From the human T2T-CHM13v2.0 reference genome, Homo sapiens: a stretch of 64,000 nucleotides of DNA. This document shows positions 58,480-64,000 of the stretch, piece by piece. Positions within the stretch are counted from its first letter, which is position 1. Each line of letters opens with the position of its first letter. The stretch lies in assembly GCF_009914755.1 (NCBI RefSeq), contig NC_060925.1, one strand, 5' to 3'. Below the pieces are notes generated by a model. It worked only from the letters and a program-made list of their open reading frames with translations, was not told the origin of the DNA and ran no database searches. The position numbers were made by a program, and so were the translations under genes.

Positions 58480-59280
58480 TTATTAATTTATTTCACAATA
58501 TTTATTGAGCTTTGGGCAAGCAGGGTTAAGACAGTGCTGCTTTCCAAGACCCCCCAGTCTGCTGGGGCCCTAAAGCACACCACTCATGATGTTGTAGTGA
58601 GCCAGGTGGTAAAGGTTAGGACTGCGGACTCCAGACCCAGCAGGAAGAATGTGGAAGGCAGTCAAGGCAGAGAAGAGTATGTCTGGGACAAGTTCTAAAG
58701 ACAGGTAGGCATTGGCCAGCAGCCACAGTGAAAGGGGACTTCAGCTGAGGAAACAGCATGGAAATTTATGAAAGGGAGAAAGATCCAGGGAAGAACAAGT
58801 AGCTATAGAGGCCAGGGGTGTGTGCAGTATGGGAGGCTTCTGGAGAAGGGACAGGATGAGTGGGAGAGGAGCTGAGACTGGATCTGAACTCCTGATGTGT
58901 CAGGCTAAGGAAATGAGAATTTATCCTGCCAAAAATTGGGGCAGCAAAATTTGTTTAGAGCTGTCAGTCTGTGGTCAAATGAGTATGTTGGGAAGAGCTC
59001 TTGAGTTGTCTTGGATGCAGGCAATATCGGAGGCAAGAAGATTGTTTCAGAAACCAGAAGAAAAGATAGGCATGAGAGGTGCTACACAAAAGCACTGGGG
59101 GTGTACAGGATGAATATATTTGGAAATAATTTAGAGGGAGCAGTAAAAATTACTTGTTGCCTAATGGGTGATGGGGAGACAATGGTAACTCACAGGTTTC
59201 TGGTGTGGGTGATTAGCGGGTTGGAAGGGTGGTCCCACCATTGTGAAAGTAGGAACAAAGTAGTGGATGGAAGAGGTAGT
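58480..59280 (-). mobile_element. L2 relic
   Basis: atatttattgagc start and purine-rich L2-type text (gtgtcaggctaaggaaatgagaatttatcctg); approximate. Confidence 0.5.
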
Positions 59281-59294
59281 TAAGGGGCGGTCGA

Positions 59295-59452
59295 ACTAAT
59301 TTACACTCCCACCAACAACCAGAAAAGCTGTTCCTATTCTCCACATCCTTGTCAGCCTCTGTTTTCTCCTATTTTTAATGATCGCCATTCTAACTGGCGT
59401 GAGATGGTATCCCACTGTGGTTTTGATTTGCATTTCTCTAATGACCAGTGAT
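59295..59452 (-). mobile_element. Short L1 ORF2 C-terminal fragment
   Basis: Minus strand reads [23 protein letters not shown]. Confidence 0.9.
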
Positions 59453-59607
59453 GGTCCTGGCACATTTTCAATCTTTATACTCAACCCAGGCCTAGGGGTT
59501 TACACCACGGGATTTAGAGAGGATATTATGGGAAAGAAGAAACAACATGTTCTGTACTCACTTTTCAGAGGAGACCTTGCTTTAGGTCAACACTCTGAAG
59601 CAACATC

Positions 59608-59776
59608 TTTTTTTACTTTAGAAACGGAGTCTCACTATTGTTGCCTGGGCTGGAGGGCAGTGTCATCACAGGCATATTCATAGTGCACTACAACCTTCAA
59701 CTCCTGTGCTCAAGTGACCCTCCAGCCTCAGCGTCCTGAGTAGCTGGGACGACAGGTGCATGCCACCGCATTTGCC
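59608..59776 (-). mobile_element. FAM (free Alu monomer)
   Basis: Reverse monomer with the FAM-specific cacaggc..atcatag.gcactaca segment. Confidence 0.8.
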
Positions 59777-61505
59777 TACGTCCTTCTTAATTTAGCGGTT
59801 ACAAAGGGGGGATGGAGGAGGAGGATTCTCTCTACACACCTTGATTTGAACTGCCTCAAGTTCAGAAAAATAGCCTCGCTCAACTCTATAACCAAAGTCC
59901 TACCTGGAAAAAGGCAGTGGAAATAAAAGAGAAGCCCAATGAGCAAGACCTTGTAAGCATATTTATGCCAACATTCAAGAGCAGGAAACAACTCCAGCCA
60001 GTCAGTAGGGTGCTTGGATTCCTTGGCAGGCATGTTCCTATGTCCGCATGACTCCCTTGACTTGGATTTCCACACTTACCAAGCAAGCTTATGATTCTTC
60101 CAGAATTTCCAGGTAGCCTTCCCTATGAAGAGAGAATACACAGATGGGCTGACGTCGGAAGTCGAATTTCTCATTGTAAATGAGTTGGTAGTTTAGCTTA
60201 TACATTAATAACTTGAGTTTGGTTATTCTGGGTGAATCTTCCTTAAGCCCAATCACTGCAAGGTGTCCCGAAAAATGGGATCCAAACCTTGGTGTCAACC
60301 CAGATATGGCAGCCAGCTGGTCTTTCTAGTCCCTAAATTCAACTGGTTTCAACAACATCCACTGAGGCTAAGCCAGGAGAACCAGGAAACTCTGCAGGCA
60401 TCACATGCTGCGGTAGAAACTGCCTGTGTCTCCTCAGGAGGTTTCATCTGGAAGAGTGTGTGCAGTGGCACAGCTTTGTGGTTTCAAACCTCAGCTGATC
60501 AGGAATCTGTAAAATCCTGCAAGGATCGGTCCTAGTGCACGTAAATGGGTTAGCCAAAACCATATCATGGCTGAAAGGGCAGCTTCATGTGTGGACAATT
60601 CATATATAAAGGCATGTCCTTTCCATTTGCACATCAGAAAATGGCCATAAGAGCAACACGTTAACTTCATTCATTCATTCATTAACTGTTGATGATATGC
60701 CTAGTACGAGCCCCCCATTGTGTTCAGTGATGGGGACACAGCAAGCTATGACTGTCTCTGTCTCTGTGGGGCCTCTCCCCATGGAGACACCACCCCCTAC
60801 TCAGGATGGAAGGGAAGACAAGGAGGGTGATGTTGTGAGATGGTTACTGATTCCTCTAAAGACTCTTAATCAGGATCTATAGTTTTTCCAGAAAGGGATT
60901 TTTCCGTGTAAGTTCTAGAAACCAAATGCTGACACTCAAGATTTACCTTCTGGAACCAAGAAACATCTCACTGCTCTGTATATTCGTTTTCAAAAATGTC
61001 AACTCAAGTTCATGTTTTCTAAGTGCAGTCATGTCCGTGTAAGTGCCACTGTGAAACTTCACAGCTCGGCTACGTTATCAGGCAGGAGAAGGGATAACTG
61101 CTGGAGTGAAAATAATATTCCAAACCTGCTGTCTATATTGGAGGCTGATTTTTTGACTTAGGACTTTTTATTGTTGACTCTTACAAAAGAATAAAAAGAG
61201 TGACCCAGGTATGGTCAGTGTTTTTATTTAAAAACAAGCATATTCCTAAAGTCTATATAGCAAGAGAAAATAAATAAATGAATAAATAAAAATAAGTATA
61301 GCTTGGTTGAAAGCTAGCTTATAACTAAATGAAAAACATGTGGCCTGAGATTTGGCTCAGTCATCCCTACATCCATTTGTTTCACACCTTCTGCAGCTTG
61401 GATGGTCCTCACCCATTTTCTTTTCCAAAACACTCATATTTCATTTCTTGCATCTTAGCCACCCATGTATTCTTTACAATTCTGAGGTGCTAAAAAATTT
61501 TTTCA

Positions 61506-62212
61506 GGCCAAGCACGGTGGCTCATGCCTATAATCCCAGCACTTTGGGAGGCCGAGGTCGGGGGGGATCACTTGAGGTCAGGAGTTCAAAATCAGCCTGG
61601 CCAATATGGTGAAACCCTGTCTCTACTAAAAATACAAAAATTAGCTGAGAGTGGTGGCAGGCATCTGTAATCCCAGCTACTCATCTATTGTTTCCTGACT
61701 TTTTAATAATTGCCATTCTGACTGTTGTGAGATGATATCTCATTGTGGTTTTGATTTGCATTTCTCTAATGACCAGTGATGATGAGCTTTTTTTCATATG
61801 CTTGTTGGCCACATGAATGTCTTCTTTTGAGAAGTGTTGGTTCATGTCCTTTGCCTACTTTTTAATGGTGGTGGTTGTTTTTTTTCTTGTAAATTTAAGT
61901 TCCTTAAAGATGCTAGATATTAGACCTTTGTCAGATGCCGAGTTTGCAAAAATTTTCTTCCATTTTGTAGGTTGTATGTTCACTCTGATGATAGTTTCTT
62001 TTGCTGTGCAGATGTTTTTAGCTTAATTAGATCCCGTTTATCAATTTTGGGTTTTGTTGCAATTGCTTTTGGCATTTTTGTCATGAAATCCTTGTGCATG
62101 CCTATGTCCTGAATGGTATTGCCTAGATTTGTCTTCTAGGGTTTTTATAGTTTTGGGTTTTATAGTTTTATGTAAGTCTTCAATCCATCTTGAGTTAATT
62201 TTTGTATTAAAT
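61506..62212. mobile_element. Tail-less Alu (61506-61682, plus) joined to an L1 ORF2 fragment (61683-62212, minus)
   Basis: Alu stops at cccagctactc and L1 starts at atctattgtttcctgacttttt. Confidence 0.9.
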
Positions 62213-62324
62213 AGATTCTTTTCATTGAGTACCAACCAGTGTATTCAAAAAACATGGGGGATTATATAATCATTTGAATGTTATAGTCCCTCAGAAGATT
62301 TGTTTTCTTCTTGTAGATGGCTAA

Positions 62325-62636
<312 letters not shown>

Positions 62637-62867
62637 TAATTCAACAGGAGGTACAGATGATTTGAAGCTTTCTGATGGGGCTTCTCTATTTCTTAGTCAT
62701 CTGTACTTCTCATGTATTATCCTTCAGAGTCCCAACCCAAAGCCTCGGGTCTTATAGAGACCCATCTCCCCTAGTGGTCTGATTTCCAATATTGTATTTC
62801 CAACCCCTTGCATCTGTTGAAAGCTCTGCTTAGCATTTGTGCTTCTGGAATCAGTAGATAGCTCTAA

Positions 62868-63185
<318 letters not shown>

Positions 63186-63540
63186 CTTGGCTGCAAATTT
63201 TTGACTCACTTCTCAACCTCTCAATGCACATCTCTCTGATCTTGACCATGCAATTTTCCTCCCTACCTTGGTGTATCTCTGATGCATTCAAACAAATGTA
63301 GGGTTAAAACATTCACCCAGCTTTCCTAGTTGTTTTCAGCAAATTGATTGACATTACCTACTTCATCATTGTAGGAAGGGAAATATTAGTTAAATTTTTA
63401 ACACAGCATTCCACATTTTTCTTTCCTTTTTCCCTAAACTCTGAGGTCCCTGAGAGGAGGGGCTGTCTTCTTCATCTTGATGTGCCCAGGACTCAGCACA
63501 GAACTTGAAATACAATATATGATTATTAAATATTTGTTAA

Positions 63541-63876
<336 letters not shown>

Positions 63877-64000
63877 TCTCCTTGGGATTTCTGGTAAATA
63901 ATGTAATTGTTTTTCACCCTTTCCAGAAACTGAAAACTGTCACTTGAGCATGGTAGTATGCCAAGGGCAGGGCAATGAGAGTTGTCCTCTCTGTGTGTAG

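Overview
Primate (human-like) intergenic DNA, dense in Alu, L1, L2, MIR, MaLR and DNA-transposon relics. It has no intact host protein-coding gene, and almost all short ORFs in the track are repeat-derived noise. Main contents: (1) a U6-snRNA/L1 chimeric retrocopy with its TSD (6792-8125, minus). (2) A nested stack in which an old L1 is split by a complete MST MaLR provirus, itself split by a full-length L1PA2-type LINE-1 (29636-35671, minus) with intact ORF1 and an ORF2 broken by one 2-bp deletion. (3) A class I ERV pro-pol relic (~37194-41035) running up to a 4-exon TUBB8-like beta-tubulin pseudogene (41166-44357, plus). (4) Tail-to-tail with the tubulin, a six-exon FAM166A/CIMIP2A pseudogene (~44500-46677, minus) that the ORF track shows only as fragments; it marks this block as a genomic duplicate of the TUBB4B-FAM166A pair. 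(5) Charlie3 and near-complete HSMAR2 DNA transposons. From memory, the U6 plus TUBB8-like arrangement fits human 1q43 between MAP1LC3C and PLD5 (TUBB8P6), but I could not verify this. I found no clear new biological system. The best leads are the hidden FAM166A copy, the ERV/tubulin promoter junction and a possible L1 antisense-promoter ORF0-tubulin fusion. Repeat boundaries are approximate and subfamily calls rely on recalled consensus sequences.
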